In this document: positions 1 to 12,300 of the stretch, one piece after another
How the letters are laid out: each line of letters begins with the position of its first letter
Position numbering within the stretch: position 1 is the first letter of the stretch
Assembly (NCBI RefSeq): GCF_902713615.1
Contig: NC_052164.1
Span: forward strand, 77,537,830 to 77,601,829
DNA: 64,000 nucleotides
Origin: Scyliorhinus canicula
Taxonomy: Eukaryota
Direction of reading: 5' to 3'
Position numbers and translations under genes: made by a program
The notes under the pieces: model-generated
Told to the model about the DNA's origin: nothing
The model's input: only the letters and a program-made list of their open reading frames with translations
Database searches by the model: none

Positions 1-270
1 AGTCGATCATAAAGGGTGTAATAGCAAAGCATTTAGATATACATTATATAATCAAGCAGGGCCAGCGTGGCTTGAAGAAGGGGAAATCATGCCTGACCAA
101 TTTCTTAGAATTCGTTGAGGTGGTAACGAGCAGGGTAGATGAAGGGAAACCAGTAAATTAAATATACTTGGATTTCCAAAAAGCGTTCGATCAGGTACCG
201 CACAAAAGGCTACTTATTAAGATAAGAGTCCATGGTGATGGGGCAGTGTGTTAGCATGGATAGAGGATTG
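1..270 (+). mobile_element. CR1 LINE reverse-transcriptase fragment
   Basis: Reads KGKSCLTNFLEF..IYLDFQKAFDQVPHKRLL with an in-frame stop. Confidence 0.9.
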
Positions 271-1854
271 AAACACCAGTTTCTTTGCTAATTGCATGCT
301 GCACTTGCCTGTTGACTTTCTGTAATTCATGTGCAAAACACCCAAATCCCTGAATACCAATATTTACCCATCTCTTACTTAAAAAAATAATTTAAAAATT
401 CCTGCCAAGTGCATGGTCGAAGATGCAGCTCTAGGGGAAGGCTCATCAGCCATCCTAAAACCCACAGAAACCATGACCAGTAACATGGAGTCTCTTAGGT
501 GGGCAATCATACTCATCAGCAAGTGATCGTCGAAGAAGAAGATTAAAAAAATAATATCCTGGCCCAGATCTTCGAGTTGCCGGATGGTTGGAAACCAGTC
601 GTAACCCAGACGATGCGCTATGGGACCCCTTGGAAGTTCTAACACCGGGACTCTGTGAGAATTGCCCAGGACGTTTGAACTTCCAATCATTTATTCACCT
701 GCTCACCAGAACCCTCTTCTGACTCATGTTTCCCCACATTATATTCCCAAACAGTTCACTGTTTTTTTCACACTGAATTTAGAAAGTGATCTTATTGAAA
801 CATATGAAATTATTTTCAAGTATTATTTATACCAAGTGGCTGGTTCACTTGGGTGAAAGATCTGGAAAGAATGGTCATATCCCTTAGCTGGTTTGATGGG
901 CAACATAGGCTCATAACCCAAAAGAAAAAAGCAATTCAGGCCTGTATTCTTGGACTAAATTTCTCAGCTTATGATGCCGCAAACGTGAACCGTGATCGGA
1001 CGGAGAATTGGACGTCAGCTAAAATCGAGATTTGTGCCCGTGAAAAAACGGACAGTCCCTCGCTGGTGGTGATAATGACGTCACGTTCTGCGAAAGCGGC
1101 ATTTGAAGTAATTTAAATGTGATTGGCAGGTTTGACCCACAATGCTCCAGGACTCCGCGATGCTCCACCCTTCTCGGACGGCAGCCATGCGGATGCCGTT
1201 CACTACAGGAATTTACAAGTGGGAACTAAACAGCATGGCTGCTGCAGGGGTGAGAGAAGGTAAGCAAACATGTGGAGGGTCGAGCTAAAGTGCAACTCAG
1301 GGTCACCATGTTGTCTTTTGGATCCGAATGGGTAAGGGAATACTCAGCTGGCTAACATGGCTTCTCTTCCCCCCCCCACTCCTTGCAGAGAATGAATTTA
1401 GGAGCACCGCCAGGAATGCTCCATATCTACCTGATCACAGTAGCCATTGCGGACGCATGGAGGCTGGAGGTACAGGCTGCTCAGGACGGACCCTGCACAA
1501 GAGAAGCCTTTCCCAGAAGAGCAAGGGCAGGCCAGTGAGAGTCCAGTGTCAGGTCGAACAGGCTGAGAAGGAAGTGCACCTCCCCGTGTCTGCGTGGGTT
1601 TCACCCCCACAACCCAAAAGATGTGCAGGATAGGTAGATTGACCACTCTAAATTGCCCCTTAATTGGAAAAAATAATTGGGTATTCTAAATTTTTTTAAA
1701 AGAAAAAAAAAGAGAAGGAAGTGCAAAAGAGGCGCCACATCAGGCCACGTGTATACCATCAGCGCCTGTCCTTTGAGGAGATGCAGAATCGTCTGTGACA
1801 ACAAAGGCTACAGCTAACCAGGAAGACTGTAAGCCACCTGTGCCAGATGATGGT

Positions 1855-2160
1855 GGATATGGCACCACGGGGGTAGTGAGGCAGGTGATGGCCTTCCTAA
1901 GCCTTCATGTCTCTGGGTCTTTTCGGGGGCCGAGCAGAGACCTGTTTGGGATCTCACAGACATCTATACAGAGGTACATCCGTGCTGTGACAGATATCTT
2001 ATGTGCCATAAAATTCTATCTTGCCGCACCTTCGAGGCACTCCCTTGGATGAGCAGTTGGGTCTTGTGTGACGAGGGTTACCGGCTGAGGTCTTGGCTAA
2101 TGACGCCTGTCCGGAGGCCCCAGACAGACGCGGTGAACCGCTATACCGATGCCTCGGTCC
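1855..2160 (+). pseudogene. Harbinger (HARBI1-like) transposase remnants
   Basis: SGSFRGPSRDLFGISQTSIQRYIRAVTD and VLCDEGYRLRSWLMTPVRRPQT..NRY resemble Harbinger HTH and DDE motifs; frameshifted and internally deleted. Confidence 0.8.
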
Positions 2161-2326
2161 CACCTCTCCATACTCTCCTCCACTCACTCCAACCCCCGTC
2201 CTAGTGGTGCCTCTTCCACATAGCCACACATGTCCTCCCCTGTCCCTCCTACCTTCACAGTATCCCCCACCCCAGCTCCTCTCCTCCACTCCAAGGGTCC
2301 TACCAGCATCCCTTCAGTGTGTTACA

Positions 2327-2677
2327 TAGAACATAGAACATAGAACAGTACAGCACAGAACAGGCCCTTCGGCCCTCGATGTTGTGCCGAGCAATGATCA
2401 CCCTACTCAAACCCATGTATCTACCCTATACCCATAACCCAACAACCCCCCCCTTAACCTTACTTTTTAGGACACTACGGGCAATTTAGCATGGCCAATC
2501 CACCTAACCCGCACATCTTTGGACTGTGGGAGGAAACCGGAGCACCCGGAGGAAACCCACGCACACACGGGGAGGACGTGCAGACTCCGCACAGACAGTG
2601 ACCCAGCCGGGAATCGAACCTGGGACCCTGGAGCTGTGAAGCATTTATGCTAACCACCATGCTACCATGCTGCCCTG
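2327..2677 (-). mobile_element. HE1-type shark tRNA-SINE (young copy)
   Basis: tRNA-like head, CR1-like 3' tail (tagaaca)n; nearly identical to 23300-23649. Confidence 0.85.
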
Positions 2678-3669
2678 TTGGCATGGACAGGATCAGCAGA
2701 TCTTGTCCACGGGACAGAGGCTGATGGTGGTTCACTGTGAGATGAGCTCTGGTGTTCCTCAACATTTGAAAAAGTCGGATTTCTGCCTGCAGTATCATCT
2801 CCCGCCATCCTCCCAGGTGATCGCTGCATGTGTAATGGCCATTCCGTCTCATAGGATCATATATTCTTTGGGGCGGTTGGGAAAGGGGTCGTTACGGAGA
2901 TGGTGAGTGGTGATGTGATACTCACAGGGCAAGCTGTCCTACAAGGTGGCCTCACACTTCTGGCCCCGTTCCCTCTGCCTCGGAGGGTAACCCCAGATGG
3001 AACCTTCAATTGTCTTGGGGACCCATCCTGTTCCATTCTCCAACACTCGCACCCCACACCACCAAACTACCACACCACCCCACCTTCTACTCCAATCCTC
3101 ACACTCTTCAGACAGAGAATTAAGGTAGGTTGGAATGTTGGCGAAAAGGTGTTCAATCATGTCTTTATAATTGTTGTACTCTAGTGCCCACCTCAAACCT
3201 ATGTGCCGCACCCATGCCAACGTAACTGGTGACTAACTTCCTTATTTTACGTGGCTTACTGCTCCTTCTAGATGTGACCCCAGACAGAACAGCGGAGGCG
3301 GCCTGCTGCGTACCTCACCCTCTGATTTGAGATGCTTTTGCCGATCGTCCTATGGATGGACCCGGCTGACTTTTGGGTACCAAAGGTGATGAGGTGCCAC
3401 CCGATTCTGCCCGCTGCCCATCAGATGCACCAGTCAGGTGGGGTGCTTCGCAAATGCTGAGGTGTTCCAGCATCTCCTCTACGGTCCCATCACTTCCTCC
3501 CCTCAGGGTGCTCGATGGTCATCGGGTTACTCCCTGGGATGGAAGTGAGGCCGGAGTGTGCTCTGGAGGCCGTGCTGCTAGACCTGGAGGCCATCTTTCG
3601 TCTCAACTGGGGTCTCAATGCCCTCAACCATTGAGCTCAGAGACTGGGCCATGTCCATCAGTGAGTGAG

Positions 3670-4500
3670 TGAGGGATCTCAGTGTCCATGTACATAGATC
3701 CCTGAAAGTTGCCACCCAGGTTGATAGGGTTGTGAAGAAGGCCTATGGTGTGTTGGTCTTTATTGGTAGAGGGATTGAGTTCCGGAGCCATGAGGTCATG
3801 TTGCAGTTGTACAAAACTCTAGTACGGCCGCATTTGGAGTATTGCGTACAGTTCAGTGAAAGGATCCTACCTTCCAGAGGTGCGACACCAGTCTGGGCTA
3901 CAGTTGGTTCCTGGGATGGGGCAGCCCTCCGACTGCCTGGTGCCTCTGTACGCAATACTCCAAATGCGGCCGTACTAGAGTTTTGTACAACTGCAACATG
4001 ACCTCATTATAGGAAGGACGTGGAAGCTTTGGAACGGGTGCAGAGGAGATTTACCAGGATGTTGCCTGGTATGGAGGGAAAATCTTATGAGGAAAGGCTG
4101 ATGGACTTGAGGTTGTTTTCGTTAGAGAGAAGAAGGTTAAGAGGTGACTTACTAGAGGCATACAAAATTATCAGAGGGTTAGATAGGGTGGACAGCGAGA
4201 GCCTTCTCCCGCGGATGGAGGTGGCTAGCACGAGGGGACATAGCCTTAAATTGAGGGGTAATAGATTTTGGACAGAGGTCAGAGGTGGGTTTTTTACGCA
4301 AAGAGTGGTGAGGCCGTGGAATGCCCTACCTGCAAAAGTAGTGAACTCGCCAACATTGAGGGCATTTAAAAGTTTATTGGATAAGCATATGGATGATAAG
4401 GGCATAGTGTAGGTTAGATGGCCTTTAGTTTTTTTTCCATGTCGGTTTAACATCGTGGGCCGAAGGGCCTGTACTGTGCTGTATCGTTCTATGTTCTATG
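3670..4500 (+). mobile_element. 5'-truncated CR1 LINE 3' end containing an internal templated insertion
   Basis: YKTLVRPHLEYCVQF, ALERVQRRFTRMLPG, RLRGDL; ends ttctatgttctatg. Confidence 0.92.
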
Positions 4501-5572
4501 AGTCATGTCCCTCTGCACCTCACTCATATCCCCCTGCACCTCTGTCATGTCGCCCTATGACTGGCCCTGGTCAGTCAGCGCCTGGCCAGAGCTCTCTACT
4601 CCCACAACAATGACACTTGTGACTGGGCCAAGCTCTGGAGCATTGCAGCAATATCCATTTGGTCCCAGTTATTATCTGCCTGTGACTGTGCTCCCCTGTC
4701 CTAAGCCTCGGTAATCAATTGCACAGTGTGCCCCACCGCGGATGCCACCCGTTTCGTGTTGGCCTGGGCAGCACACATTGTTGGCAATATCTCCTGCACC
4801 CAACCAGTGGTTGGACTCCTCCAACTCTGCTTGCAGGTGCTGTAAAATGGCTGGCACCCACTCCTGTAGATCCTGGCTCTCCACCAGGCTCTCCACCAGT
4901 GCATCTCCACCAGTGAAAGGATCCTACCTTCCAGAGGTGCGACACCAGTCTGGGCTACAGTTGGTTCCTGGGATGGGGCAGCCCTCCGACTGCCTGGTGC
5001 CTCTGAAGTCTTTGCCTCCACCTGATGTGCTGCAGCATGTGAGATGTGCGCACCAGATGGTGGCCCAGGCGCATCTTCACTAAAATGCCCCACCGAGGTG
5101 ATATTCAGTGCGATGATGGAGGGTGCAGGTGAATGCAATGTCAAGATGTTCGCATCATCCCTGGACTGGTCCCCCATGGTGTCCTGGTGCTGTGGCTGGA
5201 GGCAAGGTACACCAGACGGGCCATCTGGTCTGTTGGTGATCGTGCAAGACAAGGGACAAGACACACGGTGAGATCTTGTGAAGGAGTGGTCAAGGGGAGA
5301 GGGATGACTCACTTGTTATAGGGACATCATTTTGCATTAGAGGCTCAGTTGGTTGTCGCATGCTGACCTCCGCCTCAGAGATAGCCCTCTCTTGCACCTC
5401 CCTGATAATGCACCTGGCCAGAGAGGATAATGCAGATGTTGATGTTGATGCAAGGTGGGGTGTGAGGGAGATGCAGGCAAGTGGGTTTTTATTGACCTCT
5501 ATTGGAGTGGGGGGTATGATGTGAGGAGTGAGGAACAGGAGTGATGCCAGGGTAACAGAGGTGGTAACTGAC

Positions 5573-5803
5573 CTCAGCTGCCCTAAGGAGGTCATTCATC
5601 TTCTTCCAGCACTGCATGCAGCCTGCTTGGTGAGGCTCTCCATACTGGCACCTCGGCCACTCCACTCAGGCCTCTTTAATGGCTATGGCCACCAGCCTCC
5701 TGCCCACCCTGGGGAAGAAGGTATCCCGCCTCTCCTCCATGACATTCAACTTTCTCTCCAGCTCCACGGCCGTGACGTGTGCTGCTGCTGTTTGTGGAGC
5801 CAT
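5573..5803 (-). pseudogene. Harbinger Myb/SANT-like DNA-binding protein remnant
   Basis: MAPQTAAAHVTAVELERKLNVMEERRDTFFP..KEA*..QCWKKMNDLLRAA; contains a stop and a frameshift. Confidence 0.7.
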
Positions 5804-6225
5804 CTTCTTGGCTGGAATAAGAGTGTGTGGGGAGTGGAGTGCTCCCGCTTGCCAAGCTTGCCAGGGTCCATTCTGGCCCCAGCGAATCCGACACCAGCGA
5901 AAGTGAGAATTTCTCTAGATTCACGTGGACAGAGTACTGGCCCATTAGCATGTCTGAATTGCTCTGGAAATAGCGCTCACCAACGGGAACGCGAACCTCA
6001 CACAATTCAGTCCCAGCATCAATGCCTACCCAAATGGAGAATTTTGCCCCTTTTTCCATGTTTTACTGATGTTCCATTTTTAAAAGTATACAAGATAGGC
6101 TCAGAGCAGTATTCTTATTTCCCCTTTTTATTCCTTCTGGTGAGGAAGGAGTGTCCCTCCTTCATCTTAGTGGGCTGCAAGATTGGAGTCAGGCATGTTC
6201 ACCATGACCCTGTAACAGCCTCCCC

Positions 6226-6325
6226 GAACAGGCGCTGGAATGTGGTGACTAGGGGCTTTTCACAGTAACTTCATTCGAAGCCTACTTGTGACAATAAGCG
6301 ATTTTCATTTTCATTTTCATTTCAA
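6226..6325 (+). mobile_element. tRNA-SINE with (catttt)n tail, 3' half; fuller copies at 23657-23808(-), 54614-54790(+), 62815-62998(+)
   Basis: Shared gaatgtggcgactaggggcttttcacagtaacttcatt core. Confidence 0.8.
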
Positions 6326-7089
6326 ATAAGATTGAATACATTTAATACGCACAGAAAATTTCATAACGAGGTATAGAAAATGCTGAATCATTCATATCTT
6401 AATAGATTGTCATCAACTTCAAATGGTAAAAACAAAAGAAATATTTATCCTTTGATTGGGCACAGAGGGAGCGCACGGCTGACAGTCAATATTGTGAGTA
6501 ATCATCACTTCATGTGCCCTTGTTTTATGTTTGAACCACTCTTGTTTTTCCGGTAAGAAAAAAAACTAAGTGGGTGGAAACAAGCGGAATCGGGCAACCA
6601 GGCAGTGGTCAACCGAATGCTTCATGGGCTGCGCCGAGAACCCAGGTGAGCTACATGTGTCCCACAGGCTGCAGGTTTCCCACCGGTGTCTTCAAGCCTT
6701 CTTGCCACCTTACTTTCCCACCTAGCTTTGTATTACCAATAAACATTTATGTATTACGCTCAGTCCTCCCATCTGAATCATTGTTAAATATTGGAAATAC
6801 TTGAGTCCAATGCACTGAATCTTGGGAACGACTTGTTGCCATCCCCAAAATGGTCCACTTATTCATACTCTCTGCTTTCTATCTATTAACCAATCCACAA
6901 ATCTTGACAATATATTACCCCATGAACCCTGTGCTGTCTTAACTACCAGTGCTCCATTTCAGCAAAACATTGTTAGGTTACTGATACATTGATGGGATTC
7001 ACTTTGCAATGTTCCTGCTGTTAAATTAGCCCATTGGTACTCAATCTTGATGAAGGGTCATGTAGAGAGGTGCTCTGGCAAAGAGACAC

Positions 7090-7350
7090 AGGAGGAAAAG
7101 GTGGAACAATCGTTAGCCTGCTACCACACAGTGACCCAGGTTCGATTCCGTCCTTGGGTGACTGTGTCTGTATGGGTTTTCTATGGGTGCTTCGGTTTCC
7201 TCCCACAATCCAAGCATGTTAAGTGGATTGGCCATGATCAATGCATGGGGTTGCGGGAGAGCGTAGTGGGTCGGGGGGGGGGGGGGGGGGGGGGGGGGTC
7301 AGTGCAGACTCAATAGGCTGACTGGCCTCTTTATGCACTGTAGGGATTTT
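7090..7350 (+). mobile_element. HE1-type SINE with internal poly-G
   Basis: Head ggttcgattcc..gggtgactgt, body gattggccatg. Confidence 0.75.
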
Positions 7351-8149
7351 ATAGATCTATGGAGAGAGAAAAGTGGGAGAAACTACGCAAGAATGATTCA
7401 AATTTAGCAAAACAAGAGTATTTCAAATAGGAATGTGTTTCTCTCCTGTAACAATTAATGTGAACAGTTGTCTACAATGCCAGTCTCTTTGCCAGAGCAC
7501 ATGTCTACAAGGCCCTTGTGCAAGGTTGAGCACAGATGAGCAATGACGGGCTAATTTAGCACCAGGAATATTGCAATACGAGTCCCATCAATTCATCAGA
7601 AACCTAACAATGCTATGTTACAGTTATACACAAGGTGGAGCACTGGTAGTTGAAACAGGAACAGTGGCTACAATGACACAAGACTGCAGTTATATTGTGA
7701 TGTGCCATTACAAAGCAGTTTCAGACGTGCATTGATGTCAATGTGACAATGCAAGGGGTCAACTCACAAACTGACCCCAGCGTGCATGAACGAATTGTAG
7801 TGTGAAAATCCAAACAGAAAGGCATCTAATTTTGATTTCACACAAACTGTGCGGTGAAGAGCTAACAGGAAGTACCATTCAAATTCACTATACAGTGCAA
7901 GAACTTTGAATGGGGTCTTCTTACTGTGATGAGGAAATCAATGATTCCAGCCTCATCTTACAAGATTCAAAATGAACCTCCAAAGAGTGGGGTTCTAAGC
8001 ATAAATATGCCTTATAAGAACTTAAGGGATACTCAAAGGTGATGAAAATCCCAGCTGCAGGCTGCCCATTACAACAGGTACCGGCCTGAGATCGGTACCT
8101 GCAGTGTTAATGCAGTGCTTGGGTATATAATCATAGAATTTACAGTACA

Positions 8150-8470
8150 GAAGGAGGCCATTCGCCCATCGAGTCTGCACCAGCCGTTGGAAAGAGCACC
8201 CCACTTAAGCCCTTGCCTCCACCCTATAACTGTAACCCAGTAACCCCACCTAACCTCTTTTTTTGTGGACGCTCAGGGCAATTTATCATGGTCAATCCAC
8301 TTAACCTGCACATCATTGGACTGGGGAAGGAAACTGGAGCACTTGGAGGAAATCCAAGCAAACACGGGGAGAACGTGCAAACTCCACACAGAGTGACCCA
8401 AGCCGTGAATCAAACCTGGGACCCTGCAGCTGTGAAGAAACTGTGCTAACCACTGTGCTACCGTGCTACC
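8150..8470 (-). mobile_element. HE1-type SINE
   Basis: Reverse-complement match to the other copies. Confidence 0.8.
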
Positions 8471-8673
8471 CATAGGATGAGATGGGAGGTATTGTCAGCC
8501 CTTTGTAATTTTAGGGGAAAACATCCTTCTGATCAACTTAACAGATACAGTTCGAATAAGTGAAGGATTAGTTTTGCAAAAGCATTTGCAGGTAGAAAAT
8601 AAGAACTGAATTCATACGGTGAATGGTAATCTAAATCAATGTAAACTTGTAAGAGGCCCACTGTATTTCAATG

Positions 8674-8990
8674 GGCAGCACAAGTGGATAGCACTGAGGC
8701 TTCACAGCGCCAGGGTCCCAGGTTCGATTCCCCGCTGGGTCACTGTCTGTGCAGAGTCTGCAAGTTGCCCCGTGTCTGCGTGGGTTTCCTCCGGGTGCTC
8801 CGGTTTCCTCCCGCAGTCCAAAGACGTGCAGGTTAAGTGGATTGGCCATGCTACATTGCCCTTACTGTCCAAAAAAAAAGGTTAGGAGGGGGTTATTGGG
8901 TTACGGGGATAAGGTGGAAGTGAGGGTTTAAGTGGGTCGGTGCAAACTCGATGGGCCGAATGGCCTCCTTCTGCACCATATGTTCTCTGT
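8674..8990 (+). mobile_element. HE1-type SINE just upstream of the leader exon
   Basis: gggcagcac..ggttcgattcccc..aatggcctccttctgcac. Confidence 0.8.
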
Positions 8991-9139
8991 TCTGTGAGTG
9001 TTAAAGCGGCATTGGAGCAGCAAACAGCGTTCAGTGCCCTGGATCTGCTGCTGTGGAGCAGAAAGGTGATGGCGGGATTCGTTAATTTTCCTTCACAAAG
9101 GTCCCTGTCGACGTAGGGCTCTGACAGAACTGTTACCAA

Positions 9140-9339
9140 ACCCTTCTTTCTTCGCTTCCCACGTAACTTCCTTCCTTACGGCAGCAGAAAGCCATGGCAT
9201 TTCAGTTTCTGCCGGTTACGGGGTGAAATGCAGGTTAATTACCGGGCGGAGCATCCGCATTGATGTCTCAAACACACACAGCCGCTCCCGAGTCTAAAGA
9301 GTTGAAACAGCTTTGGGAACGTTTCAGAAACACTGAAAG
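9140..9339 (+). promoter_or_regulatory. Proximal promoter / 5'UTR region: ETS-like ACTTCCTTCC (9166), ISRE-like TTTCAGTTTC (9200-9209), GC box GGGCGG (9244)
   Basis: Motif matches in a locally CpG-richer, non-repeat stretch. TSS unknown; the pyrimidine tract could instead be an acceptor (cggcag|cag at 9184). Confidence 0.4.
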
Positions 9340-9388
9340 ATGCAATTCTTATTGATGCTGCTTTTGATTTTACAAACAGGGGTTCAAG
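9340..9388 (+). CDS. Exon: signal peptide MQFLLMLLLILQTGVQ(G)
   Basis: ATG at 9340, hydrophobic core, donor CAAG|GTAAGA, phase 1 as is typical of IgSF leader exons. Confidence 0.9.
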
Positions 9389-12300
9389 GTAAGACACTCT
9401 GTGCGTTGCCCGGGTGCTGGGTTGAGAGTCTTTGAGATATTTGATGCCCTACTTTTTAGACGATTTCAGCATTTTCACACTGTCGAGTTGCAGAGAGAGT
9501 GTGGCTTGTATCATTTCTATTTCGGTTGAGTTGATGTATTGATCGCCAATCCACGCTGTGATTCGGGTGGGATTATTTAAAATTGGGTCGATCTTCAGTA
9601 AAATGGGGCTCATTCATTGCACAGCGCTCATTCACACTGACATACTTCACAGAACTGGAGGCCAATCTCGAGATTATTATGTTGACATCCGTTTGATTTT
9701 ACAAAATAAATGCAAAAATTGCTGCAGAATACCAGGCCACAAACTGTTACATATTTTAGAATTAAGTTTGAGAAGTTTTTTTTAACCATTAGATCCAATT
9801 GGAAGGTTGTTTAAATTGAGTTTTTAATATTTCCAATTTCTGTTGAAAAGAAATAACCAACTGACCTCAAAATGATGACAAATCTTTTTATTTCCATCAG
9901 GTGTCCAAATCATCGGGGAAGTGAGTCAGCCGCAACTGGTCAGTGTGCTGAGAGGAGAGTCAGTCACAATAAACTGTACATTCATTTATCATGGGACTGA
10001 TGTTAACTGGATCCATACAAACTGGTACAGGAACACTCCGGGATCCAACTATTCCTATGAAATGAACAAACCGACCTGTAGTCCTGATGTTTCTCTGGGT
10101 GGTTTGACCCACTGTGTTGTTTCACTGAAAATTGAAAATGTTTCTTTTGAACAGTCTGATTCTAATTATATCTGCGTGGCGAAGATGCCACTTATCTACC
10201 CGCCAATAGAGAGAAGAGGACAAGGAACACGGATACAGATTTATGGTAAAGTATTTGCCTATCTTGTAATAAGCAGAGAGACATTGATAGTTTCAAGATT
10301 TACTGTACTGTATTAATAATTGATACATCTGCACCAAACTATTGATACAATCAATAATTATTAATACACACACTCCATGTCAGACCAGGTTGTTCAAGCA
10401 AATTGTGTTGTTACCTAGAAGAATACAAATAAATCGGTGTTGGTGTTTTGAATGATGTTCTCTGAACTGGGTTTGTGATCACCTGCCACTATAGAGTCTG
10501 ATGAAGTTGGAAGGCCATCACTAAAACAAATCTCTTCCATTTTCAATGTGTATTACATTCATACCACAAGATATTAGTTAGTTTTACAATTGTCCGAACG
10601 TAACTCTTTTTATACCTTTTAAACCTGTTAACTGCATGCTCAGTTAGCTTTTCAAGTCTTTGTTCATGAGTTCCAATTAATATTCTAAATACCTAAAGCG
10701 GGCTGGGTGTTGGTACACTTGCAAATACTGTCTCTCAGTGGCAGGTACCCGGGTTAGATTCCGACCTTGGGTGACTGTGTGGAGTTTGCAAGTTCTCTGC
10801 ATGTCTGCGTGGCTTTCCTTCGGGTGTTCCGGTTTCCTCCCACAGTCCAATGGTGTACAGGTTAGTTGGATTGGCCATGCTAAATTGCTCCTTAGTGTCC
10901 AAAGGTTAGGTGGGGTTATGAGGATTAGCAGGTGATTGGGCCTAGGTTGCGTTTTGTTTCAGAGGGTTAGTGCAGACTTGATGATCTCCTTTTGCTCTGA
11001 TTCTTTTCATTATTACATCTATGTTGTGTTAAAAGAGTGAAACCACTCCAGTCTGTAAATTGAGGTAACGGAGACTTTATTCAGAAACATACTTGAGAGG
11101 CACAGCCCTGCTCCTCCACAATGTCTGCCTGATATAAAGGCTGTATAACATAGTTATATGTTTTGCTTATGGAAAAGCGGGAGGTCTCACACAGACATCA
11201 ATAAAGAAGTTACACATTGCTGCCTCATGGCGCTGAGGTCCCAGGGTCGATCCCGGCTGTGAGTCACTGTCCGTGTGGAGTTTGCACATTCTCCCCATGT
11301 TTGCGTGGGTTTCGCTCCCACAACCCAAAGATGTGCAGGGTGGGTGAATTGGCCACGCTAAATTGCCACTTAATTGGAAAAAATGAATTGGGTACTCTAA
11401 ATTTAAATACATTTCTGGGCACGATTCTCCTGTCCGGGGACTAAGTCCCCATGCCGGCTGGAAAACTGGCGCGAACAACTCCAGTGCCAACAGAGAATCG
11501 CACTTTCGGGGGCTAGGTGGATGCCAGAGGGGCCAGAGCCAGTGCTGAAGGGACTCTGTGCGAGTTAGAGCATGCGTTGAAGGGCTGGTATGATCTCGCG
11601 CATGCACAGACCGGCCGACGTATTCTGGCGCATCCACAGAATTGTCTTCTCAGTGCTGGCCATGGTGGAGCCCTACAATGGCTGGTGCAGAAGGAAGGAG
11701 CGGGCCCCTATCGCAGGCCAGGCCACTGTGGAGGATCCCCCCAGGGTCTCATCCCCCCACGACCCCCGAGGACCGCACCAGCTAACTTACCTGCCAGGTC
11801 CCGCCATGTTGGACCATGTCTAATCCACGCTGGCGGGGTTGGCCAAAATGGATGGCCGCTTGGCCCATCAGGGCCTGGAGAACTGCCGGGGGGCCGCTGC
11901 CAACGGCCCCCGACCGGCGTAGCGTGAATCCCGCACCCGCCCAAAAACCGGCGCGGAGAATATGGCAGCTGATGTTGGGGTAGCGGGGCGGGATTCGTGC
12001 CGCCACCCGGGGATTCTTCGTACTGGAGGGGGGGGGGGGGTGCGGAGAATCCCGCTGTGAAGTTACAGAGCTTACACAGATGTCCTCTTATCTCCTTAGT
12101 GTAGCCTTCCTGATTCACAGCAGGGATAACTCCCTGTCTGCTTTACAATTGCCTTAATGCATTATTTTGGCTAGCTAGCTAGTTTACAATTGTTCAAACA
12201 TAACTCTTACGATTACTGGATTGTTATACTTTTAAATGTGTTAATTCCATGCTTAATTAGTTTTGCAAGTCTTTGTTCATTAGTTCCAATTAGTATTCTA

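Larger units (their letters stand above)
952..6050. mobile_element. Fossil PIF/Harbinger DNA transposon with nested SINE and CR1
   Basis: Transposase relic (+) and convergent Myb/SANT relic (-); degenerate TIR-like ends ggactaaatttctc / gagaattttgccc. Confidence 0.7.

Noticed and set aside
379-850. ORFs after the first CR1 fragment
   Set aside because: Short, interrupted and unrecognisable; probably an unidentified TE relic
2560-2677. tRNA genes at SINE heads
   Set aside because: A/B-box-like heads are followed by SINE bodies and LINE-like tails; no complete cloverleaf
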